Positions 1 through 11,622 of a DNA stretch of 64,000 bases are shown here, piece after piece. The stretch is from NCBI RefSeq assembly GCF_008831285.2, contig NC_045138.2:40114001-40178000 (forward strand), read 5' to 3'. Both the position numbers and the translations under genes were made by a program. The stretch is from Nymphaea colorata (Eukaryota). The first letter of the stretch is position 1, and the number at the start of each line of letters is the position of its first letter. The notes beneath the pieces were generated by a model. The model had not been told where the DNA came from and ran no database searches. It worked only from the letters and a program-made list of their open reading frames with translations.

Positions 1-1360
1 TGAACCAGCAAAATTTGGAAGTACTGGAAGCCTTGGAAAGATAAGATGTGGTTATAATAGCTGAATTTGAAGTACTGCCAGTTTGTGGGGCTGTAGAAAT
101 CCTGCCCCTATACTGGGAAGCACTTAAGCGTGTCCCCCCCCATGGGCCTGATGACTCGAAAACTTAACCTTTTGGGACCATGTGTACAGAACGTACATGT
201 GATTTATATATATCTCAAGTTCTTGATCCGAATGATTTTCATTATTTGTTATGATTTCTTCTTGAAAGTTGATTTCTTAATGCCTTAAAGCCTGTCTTCT
301 TGGTCATGTAAATCCAAATTGCACGTACCATTTTCCAGCAGCTGAAGAAAGTGCAACTGTACTGTCTTTAAACAATCAAATCTGTTCCTCTTTGAATATA
401 AAAGACCACAGAAATACTGGAAACAACTTGAAGGATAGTTTTTAGAAAGGTAGATATGAAGATGGATGCAGAAACTGGGATTTTAAGTGGATTGGATTCG
501 ACTTTCGAGTCTTCATTGCCCATGCAACTTGCAAGAAATGCTTAGAAAGAATATTGTGGATATGGTGAATGAATCAATCCATTGGAATATACATGAACCA
601 ACCAAATAGAATATATAGAAATCCCTTTCAATCCAGATATATTTTAAAGATGTACTTAAGCATAATGTGAACAGTTACATGTTAAATAAATAAGCTTTCA
701 TAATCCCCTGGATTCAGATCATTGATGTGACTTGCTTGTTTGCTTGCGTCACGAAGCTCTCGCTCGTCTGCCTAATCCTAGCTTTCCAATTAGAAAAAGA
801 AAGAAAAGCGCCATGGATATGGATTCCAGCAAAAACCAGACAGACTTCTTGCAGATCTAAGCATTGTTTAAGGCAGAAATAGTATGTGTGAATGGGTGAG
901 TACACTTGACTATCAGTAGATTCAATTTTTTTAAGCTTCCAGCCAAAACCACATTGTGTCTCACTAGCACACTGCCTACAGGTTGGCATGTGGGCCTGCA
1001 GATTATGGAGTTGTGGGCCTGAAGATAAAAACTCATTCCCCTTGATGCTGAGTGCTGTTGGATAGTTGTGAAGAATTTTAAATTCCTTTATCAAGTGCAA
1101 CATCCTTGTGATGTAACCATGAGATGGTATTATTGGTCTTTTGAAATAGCTGAAGGTGCTGCTTTCTAGACAAAGCAATAATAGTATCTCATTCCTGACT
1201 AATAGAGTAAGTGGCAAAGAAAATTGGGAAAGGTGTTGAGGTGAAGACCTCAATTATATTCCACACCCTGTCATTTTGCACCATAAGTTTTTCCATGATA
1301 ACGCCGTGGCCGAGGCACACGTAATTAAGGTCTATTAATTACGGTCCGGCCTTCTAAGAA

Positions 1361-1563
1361 GGCATTTGGTGAGAAGAACATTGTGTTCTTGGAGTACATA
1401 TTCTTTCTATATGTATTTCGAAAACACCATATCTTTACTGCATAAGACAGTGTGTGATTATGAATGTGTTGTTAAGATTTGATAGACAACTGCTAGGCGC
1501 GCAGTAACAACTTGTTTTATGAATATATGTTTCAACAACACAATGTTCTTCTCATCAAACGCA
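1361..1563. mobile_element. Tourist/PIF-like MITE (family A)
   Basis: Left end GGCATTTGGTGAGAAGAACATTGTGTT matches the reverse complement of the right end AACACAATGTTCTTCTCATCAAACGCA at 24/27 positions. AT-rich non-coding interior. Related ends at 16944 and 54425. TSD not clear. Confidence 0.7.
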
Positions 1564-2029
1564 TCCTATCATGATAAAAAAAAAAAAACTATACCTACTT
1601 AAGTGTTGCTAACAGGTCTTAGGGTCTGACTTAATCAATGAAGCATCAGAATATGCAGTGAATATATGAAACCACTCATAAGACCATCAAAACTATGCAA
1701 GTACCACATTTTTCATGAAACCAAATTAACCAGCTTCATATGATCAACTCTTAGCTAGTGGAGGGAGTAAAAATGAAGCCCATGCATTTTAACCCATGTT
1801 GGTTCAGCCTGGTTTGGTGTGGCTTCAATAAATATGCAACTTTTTATCACTCGAAGCTGGTTATATGCACGACCCAATGTACAAAAATTGTGCAATGAAA
1901 AAATATAGTGAAAAAGTTAAAAGCAAAAAAAAAATTCTTCTAAAAAATCCATAAAATACCTCAACTCCTTAGCTTTTTTTTTCCAGTGCATATCATTTGC
2001 ATGCTTCATGCAACTCACTCTCCTTATAG

Positions 2030-2185
2030 CTTATATCTGGCGGTCGGTCGCGCGCACACACATACACACACATACTTATGAAGAGGGGGAGAGAGAGTGA
2101 GAGCTTCGACTTATATCTGGCGGTCGGTCCCGTGCACACACACACACATACATATGAAGAGGGGGAGAGAGAGCGAGAGCTTCGA
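2030..2185. repeat. Tandem duplication of a ~78-bp unit containing CA and GA microsatellites
   Basis: CTTATATCTGGCGGTCGGTC...GAGAGCTTCGA occurs at 2030-2109 and 2110-2185, with a few substitutions and a difference in CA-tract length. Confidence 0.9.
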
Positions 2186-3183
2186 GTGAGAATTTCAAGC
2201 TAGCTTGGCTTGATATACAGCTTCATATGCTGAGCTTGAAGACGCATTTTTGAGTGATATTAAAACTCGGGAAAAGAGATCCTCATCGTAACCTGATAGA
2301 TCCACTTATCAAGGATCCAAATACCCGTACTATTAGTTGGGTATAGTGCTACTCCATCACATTGAACCAATGGCTCATAGTGGTCCTCATGAGTTATCTC
2401 ATTTCCTTATTATATGTGTATGTGCATCCAAGGAGTTGATTGTTTTATTTTCTCCATGAAAAGCCAACCATGTGAACATGATCTCTATGATGCACGTGCG
2501 TGTATGTGAATTCGTAATTAGATTATGATATCTTCAAATAGTTGCATAGAGAACCGTCCAGTTTTTAGGCATTCTATATACTTGCATTAGATGAATCCAA
2601 CTATAAACCATAAAATTGATTAACAAGGGGAAAATCTCATAGGTAGATCAAATTTTACTAAAATCATTTTAATAGACGTTTGCCAGCAAAAAAATCGGAC
2701 TTAGTGATCAGATTATCTTGTTTTTTATAATCTTATTCAAATCCACTTGTATGGTTGGATTCACAGAAATGACTTTAAAATGCAGGAATATCATAACAGA
2801 AGGCCATAGATTGAATAGACACATTGACTTCTTAATTGAGGAGAGGAACAAGACAGGTGATAGATAAACACCGCTTATATAAGTTTATAAATATAGAATA
2901 TTGAAGTATCAAGAGAGGCCCTTAAACAGGAAAACGATATTCATAGATAATTTCAAGGAAGCAACAAAACCATACTCAAATTTCAAAGGCGTTTAATTAA
3001 TTGCGCATGTTATATAAATTATTCCGTGTAGCTAAATACAAAACATTCAAATACGAGCATGCTCTTATTATTATTGCTTTTTCAATTAAGCATGTTTTTC
3101 AAAATAATTAGCGGAAAATGTACATTAAGTTTTCAATATGTCACTGCCCATGTAAAATTAGCTTTCGAAGTTCTTCAAACATG

Positions 3184-3378
3184 CCGCCTCAAGAGGCATA
3201 GCGTAGCTGGTCGGGCTAGAGGCTTCTAAAAAGTATGTCTCTAGTTCGATTCCCGTGTTGAAGGGTGTCCCGTTCTATCACTGACACCGATGCAGCTCAG
3301 GACCCCAAAGGCAGGGGGAATGGAGGGGCCTTCGGGCTTCGCTTCGGGCAGTAGGATGAACCCTCTCGCTCACCCGAA
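3184..3378 (+). mobile_element. tRNA-derived SINE with perfect 16-bp target-site duplication
   Basis: TSD AAGTTCTTCAAACATG at 3168-3183 and 3379-3394. A-box-like TAGCGTAGCTGG (3199-3210) and B-box-like AGTTCGATTCC (3243-3253). Length 195 bp, with a very short A tail. Confidence 0.8.
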
Positions 3379-3701
3379 AAGTTCTTCAAACATGACATCC
3401 ATTTAGGCCGATTTACGCCCAACTATGTGGGCCTACTTAGGCCGTCCATCCTTGTCATGATCAAGGACTGTTTATACACTTTGAAGATTTATGCGCGTCC
3501 AAATGTTGGAAATTTCAGAGTTCTACATTTAGAAAACGTCATTATTGAGATATATAAATATTTTTACTATTTATTATTAAATTTATGTTAGTCTTACTGT
3601 CCTCACCTTCTCATTTGTTGACCTTTGGTTGTTGGATCTTGAAAGTTTCCTTTCAATGAATCTAAGTAATACACTTAAATGTGACTTGGATGGGTGCATA
3701 C

Positions 3702-3903
3702 TAGGGGCAGAACCACGATTTTGTTCAAGGATAGACCAAATAGTTCAACCTCAAATTTGGGTAGGGCCAACCTGAACCTAAATAAAAAAAAAATACATTA
3801 CACAACTAACTAATTTTTTTTAATTTTCTAATGTAAATTTTTTTTTTCCAGCTAGTTCGGGGTGGGCCATGGCCTAGGCGGCCCTCCCCTCCCTCCGCCC
3901 CTG
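3702..3903. mobile_element. hAT-like MITE (CAGGGGCGGA-type TIR)
   Basis: Ends TAGGGGCAGA and TCCGCCCCTG. 8-bp TSD GTGCATAC (3694-3701) vs GTGCATGC (3904-3911), 7/8 match. Confidence 0.8.
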
Positions 3904-4843
3904 GTGCATGCTTTTTGTCGGTTATATATATATATGCTATCTAAGTTTGGATGGAGAAATTTTCTAACCTCTCACAACATCTTGCTCGATACATCGGATC
4001 AGGTGCTTGTGATTTAAAGAAGGTGGATCCTTCTAGGAAGGTTTGAGACCACCTGATGCATTTCATTAAGTGATATGCACGCCCCGTTGCATCCTTCAAA
4101 TCACATATATAACTCTGCCGTACGTGGAATGTTGTCAAATGGTTAAAATTTAAAAATTTGTTCTTCAAAAACAACCGCTAGATTTTTATTAACAATGGTT
4201 TATGATGTGAAAACCATTTTGTGGTGGCTTTAGGAATGATTTGTGTTTGAAATTCTTTGAAAATCGACATGGCAATATAATGTGAAATGATTTTATGGAG
4301 GCTTATGCTTGGCAAATGTTTCATCGAGGCTTCCCACACTTATGATCATCTCCTGTTTGGCTCATTAAATGAGATGCTGTCTTATCTTATCACGAACTCG
4401 GTGTGTGTGGAAAATGTGTACATATCCATGCTATTGCAGTCCTTTTCAAGCAAGAGTTGTTCAAAGGATGCCCATACTAGAAATGCGAGGAATTCGCGTT
4501 TGTCCAAACACAAGAACCTGTTTGGAGGCGTGACAAAGTTCACGAACTTCGTTTTTCTCCAAAGGAAATCCAAGTTCCAGTTTATCCAACGTCCGAAAGC
4601 GTGGAGTCATAATTGCACAGACTTTTCTCCCCTTTAGTGAAAGAATTTAAACCCTGTGGGACATAACCCCGAGCAAGTTGAACCAGACATGTATAAGTTC
4701 GCTGAACCATCGGTTGTCAACAATCATCTCCCCCACCCATTTCCTGCAAACTCTCCCTCCTTTTCCATACATTGATCGACCTTCCAAGCCCCTCCAGTCC
4801 TTATACTTGTTTATGCTTTATTTAATGGATATCATTTACCTTA

Positions 4844-4846
<3 letters not shown>

Positions 4847-4878
<32 letters not shown>
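4847..4878. repeat. (TA)n microsatellite
   Basis: Uninterrupted TA run. Confidence 0.95.
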
Positions 4879-4882
<4 letters not shown>

Positions 4883-5624
4883 TATAATGATGTCTCGTGA
4901 ATCATTCAGCAGATACCTAACTAATTGGATTATATTATTGAAAAAGTCAGATCAAGCAGGAAGAGAACATATATGTGAGGACAGTCAGCTAGAGGACATC
5001 TAAGCTCCGGCTAGGACTGCGCATCAGCCTTGCTGCATCGAACATGAAAACATTCGTGTGCATCACGTATGATGCAAAGCGCTTTATATAATGTATGGTT
5101 ATTAGATTGACCGATGGTTTAGCTTGTCATGGTCCATGATGGATGGGACCAAGACCATGCTTTTCGGCCTAGATTGGTGCCAAGGTAGTGGTCATGAGAG
5201 GGGTGGTGTTGGCTTCCCGCTCACTTTGGTAGACTTGATTTGTCGATATCGTCAAGTTAAAAGGGGGTGTCATATGAGTTCGAATTATGCAGTTATGGGG
5301 ACCCTAAGGTTTACTCAACTAGAAGTAAAGATCACGTCGCCGTCCTTTTCATCTTGATTGTCAATGTACTCTTAATCAATACATTATGCTTGGTAAGTAA
5401 TCTAAGTTGTTAGGTCAGACGAACTTTAGAAGCAAAATGGAGTGAATTTAACTGGAAGAAGAGAGGAACCATACCAATGATCTTTTGGCTTACATTCCAA
5501 CATACCCATTGTACATAAGATGGATGTTTGTAGATATCAGGGAAATGCAAAAGCATCAAAAGCTGATCCTTATCACACCTATTTGTCTATTTGTATATTT
5601 TACATGCGTAGGAACGTTCAATCG

Positions 5625-5940
5625 TAGTTGGTAAACTCATGATTCGGGCTCAGATTGGCTAACGAATTGGGTCATCATGGGTTAGAGAGTTGATTCGATG
5701 ACTCATCTGAATTAGGTGATAAATTTTGTAGTGCATTTTTCTTACAAATAGATGAAGAAAGTAAGTATGTCAGGACTTCATGTTTGATTTTTCAGTTAAA
5801 ACTGAATAACATGTATTATGACTATGTGTGCATATCTGACCAACTGACTCAGCAGACCCTAATTCATGACGCAGTAAATGGACGATCCGGGTGACTCGGA
5901 TCAGCAATTTATGAGAATATGAGTTTGAGAACGAATTATG
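5625..5940. mobile_element. Decayed MITE related to the nested element at 17089-17323
   Basis: TAGTTGGTAAACTCATGATTCG matches the reverse complement of the right end of the 17089 element (TAATTGGCAAACTCGTGATTCG). Interior is rich in GACTC. Right boundary is approximate. Confidence 0.45.
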
Positions 5941-6313
5941 AGAGCAACTGCAGTAGCTTCGGTTGTGCTACTAATTAAACTATCAAAACTGGCCCACTTG
6001 ATTTGCACGTACAACTATTAAGGTGCAATATTATGGGGATATATCCCTTATTTTACGCTTCATTTGGCGTCTACATGAATATAACTTTTCTTAACAAGGA
6101 GTCATTCAAGGACAGGAGTACATAGAACTTAACTTAGCAAGTCTTGTGCTTGCTGCTTGCTCGAGAGGAAGGCCCTGGTGCAGTGACCGAACCAGAATAA
6201 ATTTTTTTTTGGAGAAGCATTCATTCACATATTTTCATATTCGAATGACCATCCTTATATATACTCTGCTACTGCCCTAGTGAGACTCGTTCCCATGCTT
6301 GAGTCGGACGTTA

Positions 6314-6520
6314 TTTTAAATGATCGTGAGGTTAAAACCCACATCCCAAGTGAAAGCGAAGCTACCCTTACTCTCCTTCACCTTCAGGGTTTAGCACTGC
6401 ATTGGTGCCGGTGAAGAGTAGGCATACCGTCGTCTAGGTGCCACGCTCCACAATGCCTATATGAATAGCATTAGCGACGTGTCTTCATGGTGCCCCAGAC
6501 CAACCAGCAGCCTCTGAGGC
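6314..6520 (-). mobile_element. Decayed copy of the SINE family at 3184
   Basis: The minus strand starts GCCTCAGAGGC (cf. GCCTCAAGAGGC). It contains TCACCGGCACCAATGCAG...ACCCTGAAGG...CTTCG...CCTCACGATCA, colinear with TCACTGACACCGATGCAG...ACCCCAAAGG...CTTCG...CCTCTCGCTCA of the 3184 copy. No TSD and the boxes are eroded. Confidence 0.6.
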
Positions 6521-9500
6521 TCAGTATAGACATTATTACTGATAGGAATTTACACAGGAATGACACGTCTCATGTCCACTTGATCATCATGACATATACA
6601 AGAAAACAGAACTTTGGTATCCTGTCCATCTTGAACATTTATTGTACTTATTTCATAAGTTGAAATTAACCCTCTAAGGCTTATACTTTGGTCATCATGT
6701 CATTAATTGTAAGCCATTAATCCATCTGAAAAAATGGTTTTTGGTGCTTTGATCACATTTTATCCTGATTTTCATTGTCCCAGAATCTTAACCGTCGTTT
6801 CCTCTCTTCTGCGCAGATGATAAGTAATTAAAGAGACATACATTTATTAGAATCAAGTACTCATAGACGATCTAATGTCACTGGGGATTTCCCCTTTTTT
6901 TTTCCCTTTTGGTGTTAGGTACCTATTTTGCCTACGGCGCAGCAAAGTGGGGCCTGTACAGCGCACACGGTTACCTTTGCACATGGAGGACAAAGAGGAG
7001 GAGAAGAAGAAGATGAAGAGGAAGAAAGGGCAGTTGCTGTATACCAGTGCTCATCCAGCCTAAAAATCTAAATGCCCACAATCTTGTCCAAGATTTAGAG
7101 AGAGAAAGAGTCGCCAAAATTCTTCGTGTAGCGTTGCATGATGAAGAAAACTTGATCAGCTTTTGGTAAAAAGCAGAGGTTCCAAAAAACAGAGAGTAGG
7201 GCTTAGATGGGCACAGAGACCAACTTCGAAAAAGGGCCTCACCGTCAAAATTAATGACCCTTGTAGGTGGCGATGAGCATAACGAATAAAGGAGGCCTTG
7301 TGGTTGTAGATAGCAGTCATCATGGTGAGCACTCGTTTACAAGCAGCAGCAGAAGCGAAACCGGAATTTAAGAAGAAAAGGATGAGAAATGGAGTACACA
7401 GGCGGGATGGAAGCAGTATTTAAGGGGTGTTATTGAGGGGGAGAGAGGGAAGAGGGTCCGAGTTCAAACGATCGGTCTTTCAATGCAGTATGAATTGATG
7501 AGGAGCCCATGCGTCCACACACAGTCAAAAACAGAGAAAAAAAAATTCCGATCTTCTTGTTCTTACCTTTATTTTTATCGCGAATCTGCAAAATTTTTGC
7601 CCCCTTGACCAAGTATGTGGATGGTGTTGTTGAAGGGGATTATTATAATTGTTGATCTATTCGATATATTAAAAAAGATGACTGTCTGTGTGTGTGTGTG
7701 GGGGGAGGGAGTAGTAGCTTTCTCACGTGCTTGTGGGGTTTTGTCAAGAAGCAGATGTGGGCTCCTGCTGCGCTGCCTTCACCCTCTTCTACCTCTCGTC
7801 ATCATCTGCCAAAGGCAACACATCCCCTCAGTTACGATTGTCTATTCCATTGAGATCCCCCTCCTTCCCTTCTCTCTCTCCCCAGCTCCCTCTCTCTCTA
7901 CAGCCTAGAATGAACCAGACCAACTGTAAAGGGGAGAAGAGGCAAGGCAGCAGACCAGACCTAAAACGATGAATGTGATATGTAAGAGAGAGAGGGAGAG
8001 AGAGGCAATTAGCCAATGGGCGGCGAATAATGGAAAGTGACACTTCACACAAAATTCACACAAAACCTCTTTATGTCAGATGGCTGAGAACCACCCGATT
8101 AAAAAGCTTTGTTAGAAAAGAAGGGGGAAGGGGTAGAGAGGGGTACCCATCAGCTAGCTATGTTCTTTATTTAGAGCAGAGAGAGACAGAGGGGGAGAGG
8201 GTTCTCATGGGGTCCTCCCGTGTTTGTTTTACTGCTCTCCGACCGAGAATCAACACGCAAGAGCCATCTTTTCAAAGCTTCATCTTCAAAGCTCCTGCTC
8301 TCAAGTCTCCGCAGCAACGAGAAGAAGCAGCAGCAGCAGCAGTACCCACGAATCAAAATCTTGTGAAGCGAATGAGCAGCGAAGGAAATCAGGATGATAA
8401 CGAGAAATGGTGTCATCTAAAGCAAGCCAAGCCAACTGGAGCCAGTTCAGGTCAAACAACTGGGTTCTGCGCCAAAGACGGCCTAATGACCGCCATTGTT
8501 TATATCATTAAATAGGTTCGAAATACGCATCCCGTACGATGAATTTATTGGCATTGCCATTGAATAATTGGGCAATTGGCAAAAGGACAAGTGGTTCTTG
8601 GATTTTCATGGCAAAAGCGAGACACCCACCTTTTTAATTTTTTTGTTTTTTTAATATTTTCTCCTGTGATCTTTGGGGATGAAAAAGTTACAAAAAAAAT
8701 TCGAAGAGGGCAACGGTTTTACCAAGAGTTTCCTGGTAAAAAAAAAAAAAAATGGAAAAGGGAAAGAAGGGAACAGGAAATAAGAATTTATTAAACGATT
8801 CCCCTATGCGCTCTAGCCCTCGTGTAGCCCCTCTTTCGAAGCTCTCTCCGGCTCCACCCCTTTGCGTTTTCAATATTAACTTCTCGAATTACTCATCTGT
8901 CCTCGTCCCAGAGGTTGTCGAGAAGTTCCAGGCAGTCATTCGGGAGCACCCGGAAAAGTTTCCCTCCTCCCAACTCTACCTGACAGTTCTTTTATGTTTT
9001 ACACTGCTGCGCCTGAACTGCGCCACATTTCCTCTTGGGCAGCTCTGATTTCAAAGGAAGATGCCAATTTCGTTTCATGGAAGCTTGGTCGTTCTTCGCC
9101 GAACGATGAAAACAAATCCTAATATACATGATTTATTTTCTTACTTGTTTACTGTTAGTGGGTAAGAAGAACCGGAGTATATTAACCGGCGGCCGTGGCA
9201 CAGGAACCAAGAGTCGTTTCAGAGCGCTGTTGTCCTCTGGGCACAGAGGGGGAGGGATTTGCCCGAGGCGAAAACGCAGAGAAGTTAGCTGCTGATAGGC
9301 CACAGATCCTTTTTGATCTGTTCCCGAGTCCTTGCCACCGTTCCTTTTCTGTTCCTGCGGTCCCTGATCAACGGCTAGGATCCTCTCCCGTGAAATTCCC
9401 TGCCCTTTATTACGAGCCTTTCACTTTTCAAGAGAGAGAGACACTCCCTCTCTTGCACATTGTTCCTGCCGGATTAGAAAGGAGGAAACAGAAATCGTGG

Positions 9501-10292
9501 GGTTTTCTTTCCCGGATAACATCGGTTTTTCCCGAGACATTGGTGTCCCTGGGTGTTGGACGTGGCTGTTGTTGCCAGCGTTGGGGACAATTGACACGCG
9601 CAGAGATAGATATCCATTTCCAGCCCCTTTCTCTTCTCCCCTCCTGCTTATTGGCACGCATTTTCTTGTTCCTCTCTTCACACTGTTCACAATTTACAAT
9701 TTAAAAAAAGGAAGAGCAAGGAAGGGTAACAGGCACACCCCGGCCGGCTTAGATCAAGAGAGAAAAAAAAAAAGGAGAGCTTTGAAAAAAATTTAAAGAG
9801 AAAAGACAATTAGGAAAAAAGGGGAAAAGGGGAAAACGAAAAAGAGTGTCAGTCACTATTCCCCTTCTTACATACACTACTATGATGAGCTAACCCCCTC
9901 TCTCTTCCCTCCCTCCTCCCCAAAGCCCTCCCCTTTTTCCACCCTTTCTTTCCCTCTCTCCCCTTCTATCTTTATAGTTCGGTAATGGAATTTGGGGAGC
10001 TGGATGGCGCATTCGAGAGGGAGGGAGCCCAGGAGAAGACCCTCTAGGAGAAGCTCGAGCAGGTTGAAAGCTGGAAGAAGAGGAGGAGAAGAGGAGGATT
10101 CTTCTGGATCATCGTCAACAACAACACCATCTTCAGACCCATCATCATCAACATCATCATCATCAGCAGCAGCAGCAGCAGCAACAGAGGAAGACGACCC
10201 ACCAGCCCGGCCTCCTGGCCGTCGCCGAGCCGTCGGAGCCCCCGTTCCTTCCATCTTCGTCTACTGAACATGCACGGTTTGGCAGCGAGGGG

Positions 10293-11471
10293 ATGGGCGA
10301 GCCGACTTCCACACCTCGACTGGGGTCCTTCAGAGGGAGCCGCGGCGGCAACAGCAAGGTAGGGGAGATAGTGGAGGTGGAGGGCGGCCACATTGTGAGG
10401 TCGACAGGGAGGAAGGACCGCCATAGCAAGGTGTGCACGGCCAAGGGGCCGAGGGACCGCCGGGTCCGGCTGTCTGCCCACACGGCTATTCAGTTCTACG
10501 ACGTCCAGGACCGTCTAGGCTACGACCGCCCCAGCAAGGCCGTCGATTGGCTCATCAAGAAAGCTAAACCCGCCATCGATGAGCTCGCGCAGCTGCCCGC
10601 CTGGCAACCCACTGCCCTTAGCCCCACCGAACCCCGCCACCATCATCACCACCGCCGAGCCCATGTCGAAACCGACCCAGCCGACCCGGATTCCTCTTCT
10701 CTCAGGAAGCAACCATCCCTTCCACAACCGCCGCCACAACCGCCGCCGCCATCCGAAACACCACCTTCTTCTGCCTTTGAGCCTTTGAATCCCGCCAACT
10801 TCCTCCCGCCCTCGCTTGATTCAGACGCCATTGCCGACACCATCAAGTCCTTCTTCCCGCCCTCCTCGTTTACCTCCACCACCTCGTCCTCCGCCCTCAT
10901 CAATTTCCAGAACTACCACCAGCAGCACCAACCACCAACTCCGCCTTCTCAGCCCACCGCTCCTCCGTCCATCACCCGAGAGCTCCGTCTCTCGCTCCAA
11001 TCATTCCAGGACCAGCAGCACAGCAGTCAGAACCAGCACCACCCTGCCCTTCACAACCAGAGGTTCTCTGGCGACGCTGCTGCCGGAGAGCCGCAGGGCC
11101 TGTACTTCGCTGGGGATTGGGAGCAGCAGCAGGCGGAGCTGGGTAGGTTTCAGAGATTGGTCTCGTGGAATGCCGCATCTGCAGACGGCAACACCGCAGG
11201 CTTCCTCGGTTCTCTGCCGCAGTTCCTGCCGTCGATGCCCATGCCGGCCAGCCAGAACACCAGCTTGTTCGTTCAGAGGGGACCCCTTCAGTCCAGTAGC
11301 TCGTCTTCGGTTCGTGCCCGGATTGTGCCGGAGACCCAAGTGGCCATGCCTGCCGGATATGCGGCTGGCGGGTTCGTGGGTTTCCGGATTCCGGCACGAA
11401 TCCAAGGCGAGGAGGAGCAAGAGGACGATGGCAACAAGCCGTCTTCTGCTGCCTCTACTTCTCATCATTGA
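10293..11471 (+). CDS. TCP4: Class II CINCINNATA-clade TCP transcription factor (TCP4/TCP3/TCP10-like), 392 aa, intronless CDS
   Basis: TCP domain [71 protein letters not shown]-clade motifs [51 protein letters not shown] and a C-terminal SHH. Confidence 0.96.
   Translation: MGEPTSTPRLGSFRGSRGGNSKVGEIVEVEGGHIVRSTGRKDRHSKVCTAKGPRDRRVRLSAHTAIQFYDVQDRLGYDRPSKAVDWLIKKAKPAIDELAQLPAWQPTALSPTEPRHHHHHRRAHVETDPADPDSSSLRKQPSLPQPPPQPPPPSETPPSSAFEPLNPANFLPPSLDSDAIADTIKSFFPPSSFTSTTSSSALINFQNYHQQHQPPTPPSQPTAPPSITRELRLSLQSFQDQQHSSQNQHHPALHNQRFSGDAAAGEPQGLYFAGDWEQQQAELGRFQRLVSWNAASADGNTAGFLGSLPQFLPSMPMPASQNTSLFVQRGPLQSSSSSSVRARIVPETQVAMPAGYAAGGFVGFRIPARIQGEEEQEDDGNKPSSAASTSHH
11276..11296 (+). promoter_or_regulatory. 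miR319 (JAW) target site in the TCP CDS
   Basis: GAGGGGACCCCTTCAGTCCAG, encoding RGPLQS, is complementary to miR319 UUGGACUGAAGGGAGCUCCC. This is the canonical site of CIN-TCPs. Confidence 0.92.
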
Positions 11472-11518
11472 CATCCTACTACTCTAGCATCCACTCCTAG
11501 TACTAAATCGGCACAAAG

Positions 11519-11622
11519 GTGAGCATTTTCATTTCCCTGTCATCCCTGCTACTGGAGTAAGTGCTCAAACAAAAATTATTAGAGAAAAGAGTTTAGAAGA
11601 TGGCTGTTTTCTTCTTTGACAG
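11519..11622 (+). other. Predicted 3'-UTR intron of the TCP gene
   Basis: Strong donor AAG|GTGAGC at 11519 and acceptor TTTTCTTCTTTGACAG ending at 11622. Length 104 nt. Confidence 0.6.

Noticed and set aside
714..1253. 179-codon minus-strand ORF, and a possible plus-strand terminal exon (LARLPNPSFPIRKRKK...)
   Set aside because: Non-ATG start, no recognisable domain and no convincing splice context. It cannot be supported without the upstream sequence.
7772..7951. Possible miRNA-like stem (GCTGCCTT..CCTCTTCT / AGAAGAGG..AAGGCAGC) and a TGCCAAAGG resembling miR399
   Set aside because: Only 8+8 bp in low-complexity purine/pyrimidine DNA with a ~140-nt loop. The miR399/IPS1-like match is limited to 9 nt.
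8030..8515. 161-aa plus-strand ORF upstream of TCP
   Set aside because: Runs through GA and GCA repeats and has no domain. It is more likely regulatory or non-coding DNA.
9880..11487. Numerous antisense and alternative-frame ORFs over the TCP gene
   Set aside because: Shadow ORFs expected from GC-rich, triplet-repeat coding DNA.
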